Origin: Raillietiella orientalis | Taxonomy: Eukaryota | Assembly (NCBI GenBank): GCA_036172245.1 | Contig: JAYWIR010000084.1 | Span: 1 to 64,000 of the forward strand | DNA length: 64,000 nt | Reading direction: 5' to 3' | Shown here: positions 39,501 to 51,959 of the stretch, piece after piece | Numbering within the stretch: the stretch's first letter is position 1 | Layout of the letters: each line of letters opens with the position of its first letter | Position numbers and translations under genes: made by a program | The notes under the pieces: generated by a model | What the model saw: only the letters and a program-made list of their open reading frames with translations | What the model was told of the DNA's origin: nothing | The model's database searches: none

Positions 39501-42249
39501 ACTCTCCGTAGAGCCATGGCCGCCTCTACTGGAGAGCGAACGCAGCTGGCGAGCGCATATGATTTCTGCATAAAAAAGAGCACAGCAGCTGAGGAAAGTC
39601 TGAGAATAGTAGTCAAAACAACTGTTTGGAATCGCGCGAACCCCGTCACCGTTGGAATTTATCGAAGAGCGGGGAGCTGGAACTCCTCACGGGGGAATAC
39701 AGTTTAAGATGCAAGAAAAAAGACGATAAGAACTGAAGGCGATACAAGCAAAGCAGCATTGCAAAGGTTTTTGTGGAGCTCATGGAGAAGCCGTAAGAGC
39801 TTCTGAGGTTGTCAACTTGCGAACAACACGAAGTCTGCATTCATTCCCAGAAAAACTGTTGTGCTGAAAGAGGAACAATTTTACTCTTGAAACATGAATA
39901 GGAAATTTCGTTTGTCTTCCTACGGTTGCTGGTGTAAGGTTTCTTGCAATTTTTTGAAATGGTGCTACAACCATTGGAGTCATTCAAACCATTGCATCCT
40001 GCATCCTCACATTGCTGAAATGTTGAATATCCGAACTCCACCCATACTGAATCCATAATCTTTTGCATCATATTCAAGATGCTTCATCTTTCTTATCCCG
40101 AAGAGTGGTCTCGCAGGCTAAAGTGTTCCGAAAAACCCTCCCTACACCGTCAACATCATCCCAAAACTCATTCCGATGACAGATAAAAATGACTCCAAAA
40201 GTATTGTGAGTTATCTGAAGAATGTCCTATTTCGAATCGCATACCTGGAGAGGCCGTGAAAAAGTTCCAAGCTCGGCATCCACTCAATGCTTGTGATGTC
40301 AATAAAACCAGGCTTAGAGTAAATGATACTTTGCCATGCAAAGAACGGATTATGTGCAAGAACCAACGTCATCAGCCTGTCTATCTGAGGCGAAAAACAG
40401 CTGTCGCTTCAACACTTAGTCCACATTCTTCATATATCCAGTCCCACATCGATTTCCGAAAGGCACTTTGGCTGGATCACCAACGAAATGTTTGCACTCT
40501 TAATGCTGCTGCTCTTCTTGGGTGTTGAAAGTAAGTAGGAAGGGCACAGATCCGTGCTCTTCCTTACTTTTGGTCCATCCATTGCGCTTCCATTTGTGTT
40601 AGAAACGCTTGAGACCGGCAAAACCCTTCATCTCGCGCTCCGAGCGGATGCGGGGAACACCACGGTGCTGAACAACGCCGTCGTTTAGCCCACGTTTTTC
40701 AAACCCCTGCGGCATCAATTCGGCTTGATTGAGATCGGATGATACGCAGGATGTTGTTGTCCTAACTGTCGTCCTTGCTGTGTAGGTTCATCGGATGCAG
40801 AACTTCCGACGGGAGAAAGGACATTCTCCAAGATTTGGGCCCAGTCGACGAACGAGCTTCATCTGAGGACGGAACTATCGAATTACACAACCTTAATCGT
40901 CAAACATTGCAATCTTACGGCGGCAGTTGAAAGAGCAGGAAAATCAACCTCAATTCTGGCGAGACTGCTGTGCGAAGTATTAGGGCTGCTGTTTGCTTTG
41001 GAATTAGAAGCATTAATTGAAAAGCTCGAAGAGGTCGTACTGTGAGTAACCGAATTCAGCTGATGGCACGTAATTGCAGTATGAGTGTGTTTAGCGAAAC
41101 TCGCGATGACGCAAAAAGCCGTACAACCCGTGCAAATGCAGACATTCGTTGGTTGTAGGCGCAAACAAATCGCACATCACGTCGTAAAGGTCGTCCACGC
41201 ATCCGTACCACGGAACTGCAGATTCCGTTGGAACGATGCGGAAACAACCGACAGAAGTGTCTGCTGGAAAGAGTGAGGCTGCTTCTGTGTCACTCGGGAA
41301 TTCTTTCCGAACCGTCTGTCTAGCGCAGCTGCGTTTGTCTGCACAGCAGTGCCACTGGCACCGTTGTCGAGACAAGTTGATTCTTCGGCAGTATCAGCTC
41401 CAGGAAGAGGAGCTGCAGAGCTTGCAAATCGGAAGCGATAAGAGAAACGACCATGTACTTATCCAAGTGCAATTTGTACGAGGAGCGGGTTGAGCGGATA
41501 GCGGTCTGGAACTTTCCGGCATGCGGCAAGCAAAACGCAGTGACAGCAGCCAACGAAGTGGCGCGCGTGCGTGCGGATCAGAATTCGTTTCTTGCCACAT
41601 GTTTGACGCATCGGCAGCTTTTAATTCCTGGTTGTTTTTAGGTTGTTTCTCCAAGTGAGTTTGGAGTTTTATGGTTTAGCCTTGAGTTTTTTGGAATGCA
41701 TCGTTGGCATCCTTCCTTCTTAACTAAGGAGGGAGCCGACACCAGTCGTTGAAATGGGGCCTTCCTTGAAGACTGTTGCCGATGGCTCTTCAGACTAGCT
41801 GACGCTCATCGAACGAGATCACCCTTTAGAATGTGTGGAAAACAGCAAAGACAAAAAAGAAGGAAAAAGCAATCGTGCACTTGTTTTGGGAAAGTCTCAC
41901 TTTTGGCTGGAGATTAGGACTTCCCTCTAGGGATTCCGTCCTTGAGATGAGCGCATAAATGAAGGCATAAGTTGGGATGAACTTCGTATGAAAACCCAGG
42001 TGTTTTCTTCTTGTTTCCGAGTGGAGGGAAAGCTTTTTCCATGCGTACAGAAGGTGCCAGTAGTGTGACCTCTGTTCTTTCGTTGGGTGACTCTAAGACT
42101 CCCACACACCTTTCGAGCTCTCCCTCCTCAAAATGCTTCTCTGAGATGCGACAGTGTTTTCAAAGAAAGCAAAAGCAAAAACAAGGCGTGCATGAAGATT
42201 CGTTCTTCAGGTTTTCCCAGAACATACCGCACAATTGAACACATGCGGC

Positions 42250-42745
42250 CGACTACCAACTACTGCTGAGCACAAAAAGCAGACGTTGCCTGTGCGCTTG
42301 CACGCGAGCACAAATCGATAGCCACCTATGCTCGTAGGTCTGTAAGCTAAAATTCGAAACTCTATGGCGACCATGCAAGAACGCCAATATCAGTGGGTGA
42401 CTGGGAGAAGGCCAGGAGGCTTCTGCAGCAGCAAACCACGCAATGACCTCACGAACCCTTTTGGGAGCATCCATCACAAAGTCAATGAAGCTCATGCTGA
42501 CTTTCCTCGGCTCCTAACACTCTGAGGACGGAGTTGCTCAAACTCCAGGTGCTCGCGTGTTTCAGAGTGCACCGTGCTTGCCTTGGCTATGCCGTCGGAT
42601 GGGTCACGGGCGTTTCCTGACGAGGCTGACGTCCGGGTTTTCAGGAGACCGCAGGCACAGGGGTATTCAGGCTTAAATGGACGGACGTTGTGCGTGGGAA
42701 AGTGTCCCGGGACGCAGGCAGGCGGGGTGTACCATTCCGGGAGCC
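42250..42745 (-). mobile_element. L1/Tx1 RT/post-RT fragment, heavily decayed
   Basis: Decayed RQG-YADD region followed by VIAWFAAAEA. Confidence 0.45.
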
Positions 42746-42749
42746 ACCG

Positions 42750-43250
42750 TCAAGAAAAATAGTCCAATTCAAGGGAAGTTGGATATTCATGCATAAAAGT
42801 AAAAATAGCATGAACAGGGTTCTCTTGGATAACCTGGAAAATGGGTTTCCATGGAATGCTGCAACAAGAAAATGGCTGTTTAGTTATCAGATACTTGCCA
42901 GAGCTTTCGTTGGCCTGATTAATTCGAAACAACATCTGGCAATCGCTTTTGTTTTCAGCACACTTGTTCCTCTTATCAGGCAGCTTCTTCCAGTCAATAA
43001 ATACAATGAACTCTTGAAGAAAGTCTGGGAAGGAGTGACCGTTTCCAAACCCTCCTTTGATTGACGAAGGCAGCACCCTCAGGCAGTACCACGTTCAGCA
43101 TTCAGCCACTGTTGCAATCCACAGCTAGGACAGTCACTGCAAGGAAACGCAGCATTCCAACTGGCGAAGGGGGTTGTGTCGGCATTCTAGTTCATGACGT
43201 TGAGTCTGAAGAGCAAGGTGGTCACTTCAAGGAATACCTTGAAATTCACA
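42750..43250 (-). other. Putative (-)RNA virus L polymerase fragment (EVE)
   Basis: WYCLRVLPSSIKGGFGNGHSFPDFLQEF...LITKQPFS..IP....IQENPVHAIF, similar to the L 'LP..LGG....FPD...EDP.SL...N..IF' region. Substitutions versus 1-161 are biased to codon position 3 in this frame. Confidence 0.4.
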
Positions 43251-43689
43251 GGCACATTGATTCAAGAAAGAAAAACAATTTATGGTGCTATGGCATCTTC
43301 TAAAGATTGGACAGAGACAGGTTATGTATTCATTAGAGGTGTAATTGGGTGGATGGTTGGTAGCATCTCAGCCATGTGCAGGTGCAATGGTTTCATTGAC
43401 TACAATGGTTATAGAAACAGCTGAAAGATTGTAAGAAACACTGCACGAAGTACTTTGGAGATGCAAACGAAATTTTCTGTTCGGGTTGCCGGAGTAACAT
43501 TTGCAAGTACAGTACTTAATGGCATAAAGTACAGCAGGAGCTGCTGCTACTTCATTTGGCATCATTGACATGGGAACGCTAGGACGTAATCTAGGTCATT
43601 TTTAAAAAAAGATAAAATCGCAGTTATCCATATACAGAAAATGCTTCCCTATTCTTGTCGAGTGTACATTATTTTTTGATGTTGCACTC

Positions 43690-43790
43690 ACAGCAGTCTG
43701 AATGCCAGTGGTTGGGCATTCCTGCTTCACACCACGCTCAACGATGATTGGAGCGATCTTTGGAATTGGATCTTCTATCAAGATCTCTTG
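43690..43790 (-). mobile_element. R2/NeSL-type RT chip
   Basis: APIIVERGVKQECPTTG corresponds to GVKQGCPLSG. Confidence 0.55.
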
Positions 43791-45227
43791 TAGAAAGCCC
43801 TTTGGGGCACAGCGAGGTCGCGAGTCCGATTGAAAGACTTGTGCGCTCCACGCAGGGATGGTGGCTTGGGCCTCCTTACGTTGGAGCGCATCCAACTTCA
43901 AACAACAATTCGAAAGTTAGCCCTTGCGGCTAGCTTATGGATGACGCCATGGTGCGATCCGGCACGGCTCCTCGCCAGAAGAGCGACCGGCTGCGAAGGA
44001 TTGTCCTCGATCCTCGTGGCCTACCAGCGCAGCCTCTCCAACTGTGGTCCCGATTTGCGCCAGATGGTCGCCCTGATGAGGGAGAATACCTGGATCTCCT
44101 GCCTCCCCGCGAACTGCACTGCCTGGCTTCAGGAGTCAGCTTCTGCGTGGGCTAAGATCAACGGAACGAGCGAGGCGGAATACAACTGCCTACGACGAGG
44201 ACCGTACGCTCGACAGCCGCTGCAGGATATTATCAACACGCCCCGGAAGTTTCTGTGGGCTTCTTTCAGCCCCCTTGCCCCCGTTCTGTCCTCCCTGAAA
44301 AACAGTAGGAGCAGCAACGAGCTGGCATCGTGGGAAGTGTCCTGCCTCATCCGAGGCAGGAAAAAACCTTTAAAGGCGTGGACGACTCGGGAGCTCACGG
44401 ACGCTGCCACCCCGAGCGTCCCGCCTCACGGACTTGCGCGCTGGGGAGAGCTGCTCGCAATACCTCCGGAGGAGGTGAAGTGGCCCCCAGCGTGTTGGGA
44501 TTGCGGCACACTTCCGTTGAAGTGGCAGGAGACGGCGTTGCTATTTCTGCACTGGGGACTGTTAAGCAGAGCACGCCTGTCTCACTGACACTGGGGAATG
44601 TGGATGCCCGCTGTGTCGAGTGCGGAGAAAGAGAAACCTTCCCGCATCTCACCCTCGAGTGTGTCGCCCTGGATGGACTCTGGAGTCGAATCGCCCCAAT
44701 CCTCCATCTTCCAGTAGGCGACCCTAAGGAAATTTACCGTCCCCTCTTTCTGCGTGACGGCCTGCGCCCCGCTGCGTCTCTAGCAGTCCTCTGCTGCGTG
44801 CGCGGCATTGTGCAAAGGTGGCACGCCAGAAGAAGAGGCCCAAGATGCAGGGACGCCATCCACTGGACGACGATCTCTTTAGAGACGGCGACAAGGTGGC
44901 GTCTACCTTTCAGAGTTAAAACAGAACTTGACTGCATCCTGAACAGGATGCGGAGGACCGACCCAGGCGATCAGTGATCCCTTCCCTGCCCCCCCCCTCT
45001 CCCCATACAACTGTTTCCCTCCCCGTTATCTCTCTCTTTGTTTGTTTTTGTTCTAGTTTTCCCTTCCCATGCGCCTCGGGAATGGACCTAACCGGTCTAT
45101 GCACCGGCAACAGACACGTCAACCAAGGTGGGAAAACCAAGTGTTTCCCACAATTAACTTTTGAAAGACTTTATTATCTAATTTTTGTAGAAAATTAGAA
45201 TAATAAATGCCCCGGCATATCCGGGTG
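43790..45227 (+). mobile_element. L1/Tx1 3' fragment, well preserved, with intact terminus
   Basis: LCAPRRDGGLGL, ARCVECGERETFPHLTLEC, stop at 44977, terminal AATAAATGCCCCGGCATATCCGGGTG. Confidence 0.9.
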
Positions 45228-45239
45228 GCAAACGATGAT

Positions 45240-46100
45240 TGGAGTCGTCAGACTGTCTTCCCGTAGAAGCTAGTTAATATTGTGGCAATGCATCTCCCAC
45301 ACTGGTTCCACGAAGTCAGCTCTTACGCTAGCACATTGTAATGACAATAGGAGTTGGGTGTGGGGGATGGAGGCAAGGACGTGCTTCAGTTCAATTTATG
45401 GAGGTTGGAGTATTTCCGCTTGGGGTACTTGAGTAGATGAGAGAGCATAATGTTTCGCCCCTGCACGCCGTCGAATGGCAGGAAACCCTTCGCATGTGGG
45501 CTAACGACTTCAGAGTCCTGGATCCAGGTTCTGAAGCGTCCAACTTGGTAAACAGCTTGCCGATCCTGCAGTCGACTGTGATCGGTCGGAACTGAGACCC
45601 GTGGTATAGGTTAGTCACTGAGTTCTTGAGGATCAGGACTGTACAGGAGGTGTAATATTTACTGGGGATCCTCTTGTGTTGGAGGTACGGATGAAGTATC
45701 ATCGCAAGGACCGTTGTCTTTGGACCGATTTCACGAGGAGCAGAGCACGGGATACCGTCCGCACCGGGGGCGATGCCTTAACACAGTCTAACGCTGGTTT
45801 AGGAATCGCCTTAGACTGTGTTCAGGATTCTTTGAGTCTGCATTGGAGAAAAGTTACAGAGATCAGTCTTGTTCTCTTTCCTTACCCAAGATATTTGAAT
45901 GAAGTTAGCAGGTGCGCTGAAGGAGTCCTCAAAGTGCTGCATAATCAAGGGGAAAGATCTCACACTGAAACGGTAGACCCTGAAAGATGGCCCGAATCGC
46001 CTTGTGACAATTTCTTGCGTGTCATCTTTGACCGGCGATATATCCTTGATAGACAGTGGTCCGTTTCGCACAGGTAGGAGCGGTTTCAAGTGTAGCAACT
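45240..46100 (-). mobile_element. R2-superfamily RT fragment
   Basis: SPGADGI; IPSKYYTSCTVLILK...QFRPITVDCRIGKLFTKL. Confidence 0.65.
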
Positions 46101-46209
46101 GCTGTGTTAGTCGTTACAATTTGTTGGAGTCACCAATGGCGCATCGCCAGTGCTCCTGAGCTGGAGTGAGTACGAGCAGATCTAAAGATCCTTGGATCTC
46201 ATTGATTGT

Positions 46210-47130
46210 CACGCGGGCGCACCGGGGCGTTTATTTCATTAAAAAACAAACGTTTACAATCTCGTTTACAATAGACCGGTGGCTCAACCACTCTTTTCTT
46301 GGGAAAATCTTCCACGTTAACGGTACGCAAACCGGCGAGGTCAGCCACTCCAGCAGAGGGGAGGAGGCAAACAATAGAGAAAAAAGAAACAAAAGTGAAA
46401 TCGACAAATTTGGGGGTGAGAGCAGAGATCACGTTCTGCTGGTGGTGGTCCTTTGTATCCTCTACAGGATGCCGGCAAGGTCCACACAAGATATTGGGGC
46501 CATCTTGTGCTGTCCTCAAGAATTGGATGGCAAAGTGGATGTGGCACTCCTGTCGCTGTGTTCTCCTCTTGAGTCGTTCCAGGCGGCTACAATCCCGTGT
46601 AGACAGCATAGAGTTGCTAACGATGCTGAGGTCCAAAGGTCGTCGCGGACGAAGAGGGGTTTGAGAGCGCCTCTGCAGTTGCCGACGGGGGTTCCTAGGG
46701 TCGCGGTGAAGTGTTCTCAGGAGGACTGGAGGAGAAAACAGTTGCACATACAGGTGAGGGAAACCCTCGAAACTTGCACAGTTTGAATCCACACACCCCC
46801 AGTGTTCTATGATGCACTCGACAAGGGATGTAGCACTGGAAGTCCCAGTGCAGCAGCATCAACGCGAAATCTGGCTACTTTCATGAGAAAAGTGTGTGTG
46901 TCCAAAAGCACTGAGGATCACTACAGATCTTCCTCAGGAAGGTCCAGTTGCTCTCTTTAGCAGAAAAGTCCTCAAGGTGGAACACTTGGGGTTCAAGCGC
47001 CTGCAATCTGGCTCGCTGTCACTCGCCTAGTCCTCTTCTCCTTTCGGAGATGTTCACACTACCCTGCCATCTAGCTGCAAGGCTGCTGCCCATCTTTTCC
47101 CTGAGGGAGGGAAGCACTGCGGCGAGGAAG
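46210..47130 (-). mobile_element. L1/Tx1 3' fragment with intact terminus
   Basis: DSNCASFEGFPHLYVQ; similar to 2800-3500; terminal AATAAACGCCCCGGTGCGCCCGCGTG. Confidence 0.8.
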
Positions 47131-47749
47131 TGATGTGGCTGCTGCACCGTGCTCTCGCGCCTCGTGTTCGTGATGATTTCTTCCTTTTTGGTTATTTTCG
47201 CCTTTCATTTCGCCCATGAGCGTGATTCTGACCAGCGGATTCGGCTTATTTTGCGGCTCCGGTCGGTTGCTGCTCGACACCGGTGCCGTTTTCTTCTCGC
47301 GCTGTCCGGGAGCAATGCCTTTGCTGTGCTCCGATAGTCGATGTTCTTTTTGCTGCATATTCACATCTGCAAAGTGACTGCATTGGTGCTGTTTGAAATT
47401 CACAGTGAGTTTCCATCAAACACTCTCATTATTGAAGTTTTGAGGCCAGCATGCAGCGGCAGACTGAGGTCAGGCGCGAACGAGAGGAATTTGACCGCCC
47501 AATCAACAGGAAGAATGGAGAAGGCAGTTGCCTTTGTGAACGGGGTGTGATCCACATTCTGGGGTCTGAATGTCAATGTGAAGGGGTTGAACCATGCACG
47601 AGTAAACGGCCAGAGCCCCTTTTTTGTCCAAGAGTTGTATATCGCCAAGCTTCCGCAATTACACTTATCACTCATGGATGATGACGAACCGACAGAATCC
47701 CGGTGCTAATAAACAGCTCCACCCTCTTCTCAAAATGGCAGCAGTCGGC

Positions 47750-48392
47750 TCTACTGTTGCAACACTGGGGACTCCCTGCAGCGCGCACCGACACCATTGG
47801 ACCTGGGGAGCGGTGAACTGCAATTGTGTTAGGTGTGGGGAACAGGAGTCCCTTCCCCATCTACTTGTGCATTGTGTTGCCCTTCGATCCCTTTGGCTAC
47901 GCTTTGCCGCGGTCATCGGTATCCCCTGCGGCAACCCCGGGGACGCATTGAAAGCCCTCTTCGTTGCCGACGCCCTTCGGCCCGCGGTCTCGTTAGCAGC
48001 TCTGTGCTTTCTACGCGGTATTGTCGCCGCTTGGAGTAAAGCTACGGGAGGACCCCGAGATAAGGGTGCCATCCAGCACACCGCAGAATTTTGAAGAGGG
48101 AGTCACGATGGTCCCACCTGGATCCAGAAATATAGAGAGAGCTTGCCGGCATCCTTCGAACGGCCCCAGCAGCAACAGTGATCCCTCCCTATCCTCCCAC
48201 GTTTTCTTTTGTTTTTTGTTTACTTTTTTTGTTTGCCCCTTCTTTCTCCTGCTGCCGTGGTGGACCGTACCGGCCTGCGAAGCGGTGACCCGGCAGGCTC
48301 TGTGTTGCTTCTTTGGGCGTGGCTGGATCACTGGACCAGCCACAGGATTTGTGAAAGTTTATTTTTCAATGAACGCTCCTGCGACCCGGGTG
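47750..48392 (+). mobile_element. L1/Tx1 3' fragment with terminus
   Basis: NCVRCGEQESLPHLLVHCVAL; terminal AATGAACGCTCCTGCGACCCGGGTG. Confidence 0.85.
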
Positions 48393-48599
48393 AAAATCGA
48401 ATCCTTTTCGCAAGTCGACTGAGACCTCGAGGGCCCATACGCGCTCCCGCAAGCCACCAGCGGACGTCCGGGGTGCGGACCGCGTTCCTTTCATTCGGTC
48501 TACTTCTCTGGAACTGAAATCAGGTGTTCGCGAAGAGCAGGTTGGCATCGATGCTTCTCCCGGGAACAGCGTAAGTCTGCTCCGGGCTGACGAGACCTT

Positions 48600-49340
48600 C
48601 CGCCACACGCCTCAGTCGCTCCGACCACAATTTGGCCAGCAACTTGGCAACGATCATTGCGTTCAGCTCGGTGATCGGATGCCGGTTGCTAAGGTTTCGT
48701 GAGTCCCCCCCTCCCCATCCAGGAGGAGACGCATCCGTGCCGATCGGAAGAAGGCAATAACGTCGCCTGTCTCCGGGATCAGCAACGTTAAGCGCTGCCC
48801 AGCGGAGTCAGCTCCGCGGCGAGGCATCGGAAGAACTCTGAGGGTAGGCCGATGCTTCTTGGAATAGATGCCTTCCGTCGATGCTTTTTGGAATTCGCAG
48901 TAAATGGAAATCAAACGCAATCTCTGTAATTCAAGTTTTTCCGACGGTGTGGTAAGGACTCTGAGGATTTCAGTGGCTTTCCTTTAGCCGATGCGCCGTT
49001 TGCAAGAGAGGTTGTTGGAAGGCCAAGGGAGGACTCTTTCCCGGATGCTCTTCATTCCGTCGTCACGAGTCCCAACCTTTCAAATCGTGTCCTGTCTGCA
49101 GAATTCAAAAATTCTGGGAACAGTGTTTTGGAAGAAACTTGAGATGTTCCACGGTCGATCGATATCGATCGATTGTTCCCGGCAACAACGAGTTTGTGGC
49201 CATTTTGTGGACATTCGTGTGCTCACTTGTCCACGCGTGGGTGCTTTTACACCGGCTTCTGTGCTCCGAGTAGTGCTCTACATCCATTCTTCGGTGCTTG
49301 TGACCGTGCTTCAATTCCGTCAAATTCCGTCCATATATTA
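48600..49340 (-). mobile_element. L1/Tx1 linker and RT-start fragment
   Basis: GGDSRNLSNRHPITELN...KLLAKLWSERLRRVA. Confidence 0.65.
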
Positions 49341-49663
49341 AAGCTCCTAAAATGTCCTCTTCCTTTGGAAAATGTGAACTCTGCTTTACTGATGCCGAGC
49401 GACAGGTTTCTTCTGGTATTTTACTTACTCGTTCCTGTACCTGCCCATCTCTGACCGCAAGTTTGCCTCCACTACCCGTGACAAATAGCACACCGTGAAT
49501 GACCCCAGTGATTGGCAGCCTGTGTGTTGGTTATGTAGTTGAACGATCAAATACTGAGATCCTGGAGGTCTGATGTGAGGGAGGGCTCCATGTGAACAGC
49601 CCATGGGCATGACTCAGTCGATCCTAAGTCCCCGGAGACTCAGGCAACAGGAGGTCTTGATCA

Positions 49664-50826
49664 TCAATGAATCCCATGGATCTGAAGAAGTTGACCTTCT
49701 TCAACAGTGACAGTAGTATGAAATTCGGCTATATAGAAGGAATAGATGGAATCAAAAAGGGTGAGTGTTCCAACTTTTCTATGAACTGTATCATCTATGA
49801 TCACATGGGCAAGGAATGTGAGTAGATGGATCATTAGGTACCGGCCTGTCACGAGTCTTGGCAGGAGGGCAGTCATATTAGGACATGTGAAGGCATTTAC
49901 CCTTTTGTTTGATGAAGCAATCCCCAAATCACATAGTCTAATCATGGGACTGTTAAATCTTAGTGAGTGAAGTTCGCATATTTTGGCTGGAAATCTAGCA
50001 TCTATTCTTGGGAGTGTGATTATATCGCCTTTAAGGCTTGTCCCTGGTTTACGCACAGATGTGTCAATGTTATATTCGAGGCCAAGCCATCCTAATATTG
50101 TTTGGGTCTCACTAGAGCTCTTCTCACGAATCTTTTTGATGCTTGATTTCCGTATGGAGAATAGCAGTTCTGTGTCTCTCACTATGCTTTCTTCACTGGT
50201 GTACTCGATGGTTCCTTTTACGCCATTAATTACAGTGTATCAACTGATAGATTCTGGTTTTACCAAGTGAGTTTTTAAATACTCTTGCTTATTATTGATC
50301 ATCACTGCGCCAATCCTGACACGGTCAAATCCCTTATAACGCATCATGTATGTTAAAACCATAAGTCTGTCCCCATCCAAAATCTTGAGTCCATCTATAA
50401 CTTCTTGTGGGAACTCAGGCACAAAGTTCTCATCCTTCATCTTAAGGTAGCCAATGAACATGTCCCAGTAAGATAAAGTTGTTGGGTCTGTCACCTCATT
50501 TACTCTTGTGTTGAACTCACTTGCTTCAATGTCCATAGCATCCAGCGGTGACACATTTACAGAAACTTCTCTCCTGGAAACTGTGGGCTTACCAACTTTG
50601 TCTCTTCAGACTGTCAGACCCTTCTTCTAGTCCCTGTTCTGAGATTGAAGGGGTCTGCCTCAGCTGGAATGCTGTATGTTGCTTCCAGAGGAGGTATTTG
50701 CACTTTAGTACGCCCTTCTGACAGCATTTTGACACTGATAGGCGACTCTTTTGCTGTTTCTTCAACAATTGCCTCCTCATCTAGCTCTATTTCTGCATCC
50801 ATCAAGTGCTGCATTTGATCTTCCAT
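49664..50826 (-). pseudogene. Endogenous phasmavirus-like (Bunyavirales) nucleoprotein, near full length
   Basis: YKGFDR...SIKKIREKSS...EYNIDT..RKPGTSLKGDIITLPRIDARFP...FLAHVIIDDTVHRK...IYSFYIAEF matches recalled phasmavirus N motifs. One in-frame stop at 50240-50242 and a frameshift near 50560-50610. Confidence 0.75.
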
Positions 50827-50829
50827 GTC

Positions 50830-51745
50830 GGGTCATAGTCGCCTTAGATTCTATTGCAAAAGGTGAGAAATGTGGCCACTTGTTTAGGAAGCTGCAGGGG
50901 TACAGGTTCTTCATGAAGAATCCAAGCCTGCCTAGGAACATATAGGCATCCGAATCTTGAAAATCGACTCGAGGATTGCCTGTTAGGTATTTGGATCCGA
51001 TGTCATATAGCACTCGATTTGCCACGATCTTCTCATAAACTGGTTTTAAATTCATAACTTTGGTTACACGAGGGCAGTACCTAGCGTACTCATTAACCTC
51101 TTGAGGGCTTGAAATCCGACTGTGTGCCGATGTATTCCTGCTTGTGATGACCGAGATCGTAGCCTTGCGTCCGGTCCGAACGACCAATCAGCATGGGGGT
51201 ATCTGTTGAAGGCACTATTCTCGTTTCTACAATTCCCGATATCCCAGCTCGTCGTAAGGTATGGCAAGTGGATAAGTGATGTCCCATTTGATGTGCCACT
51301 GTGATAACTTTATCGTAAAATAAAGCTTAATGACCTTTAATGGACCCCAACCTTCCTTGCTCCTTTTGTCTCTGTCTGTTCCAACGTGATGGTTGCATAA
51401 CCACTAGGATGCTTTGGTGGAGAGAGGTACAAAGCAACTCCTGGTTTACTAGTTTTGTTTCAAGGGTTTCATTAGGCATTGTGTATGTAGTTACCAATCG
51501 CCATTTGGTATCCACTCGCCCTCAACTCTCATTTCACATATGGTTCCGTACGAAAATACGGCGTACAGCATATTCGTAGCAACGTATTCCACATCGCTAG
51601 GTATTGTCTGTGTGGTGTAGAACCAATGCGCTGCATTTGCAAATTGCACTCGATATGAATACGGGCAATTTTTGATTGGAAGGTAATGCGATATCACTAC
51701 CCGTAGTGATACCCATTTCTACTCCACCTTCTACCTACTACCACC
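50830..51745 (-). pseudogene. EVE nucleoprotein-like family, copy A (tentatively qin-like)
   Basis: GITTGSDIALP, TKAS*WLCNHHVG, AHQMGH, QAGIHRHTVGFQALKRL, YCPR, YDIGSKYLTG, FLGRLG..PHF. Confidence 0.65.
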
Positions 51746-51959
51746 TACATTAACAATAAAAGGGTCATCGTTTGGGCCCTGAGCCATGTTTCTAAGATAT
51801 CTACACTATACAAGCTGTACAGACCTGCAAGTAAATATATGATCAAGTATTAAGTCCAAGCTGTTGACCAAATATTCAGGATTGTTTTACTGACCTCTTA
51901 GCTTACCGTACTACAATTTCGTGTAGTGGTCGCGAGTGCAGCTGTCTATCTGTCATCCG

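Noticed and set aside
41120..41220. CDLFAP..N as a DIRS methyltransferase-like motif
   Set aside because: Too short, and no RT, RNase H or recombinase nearby.
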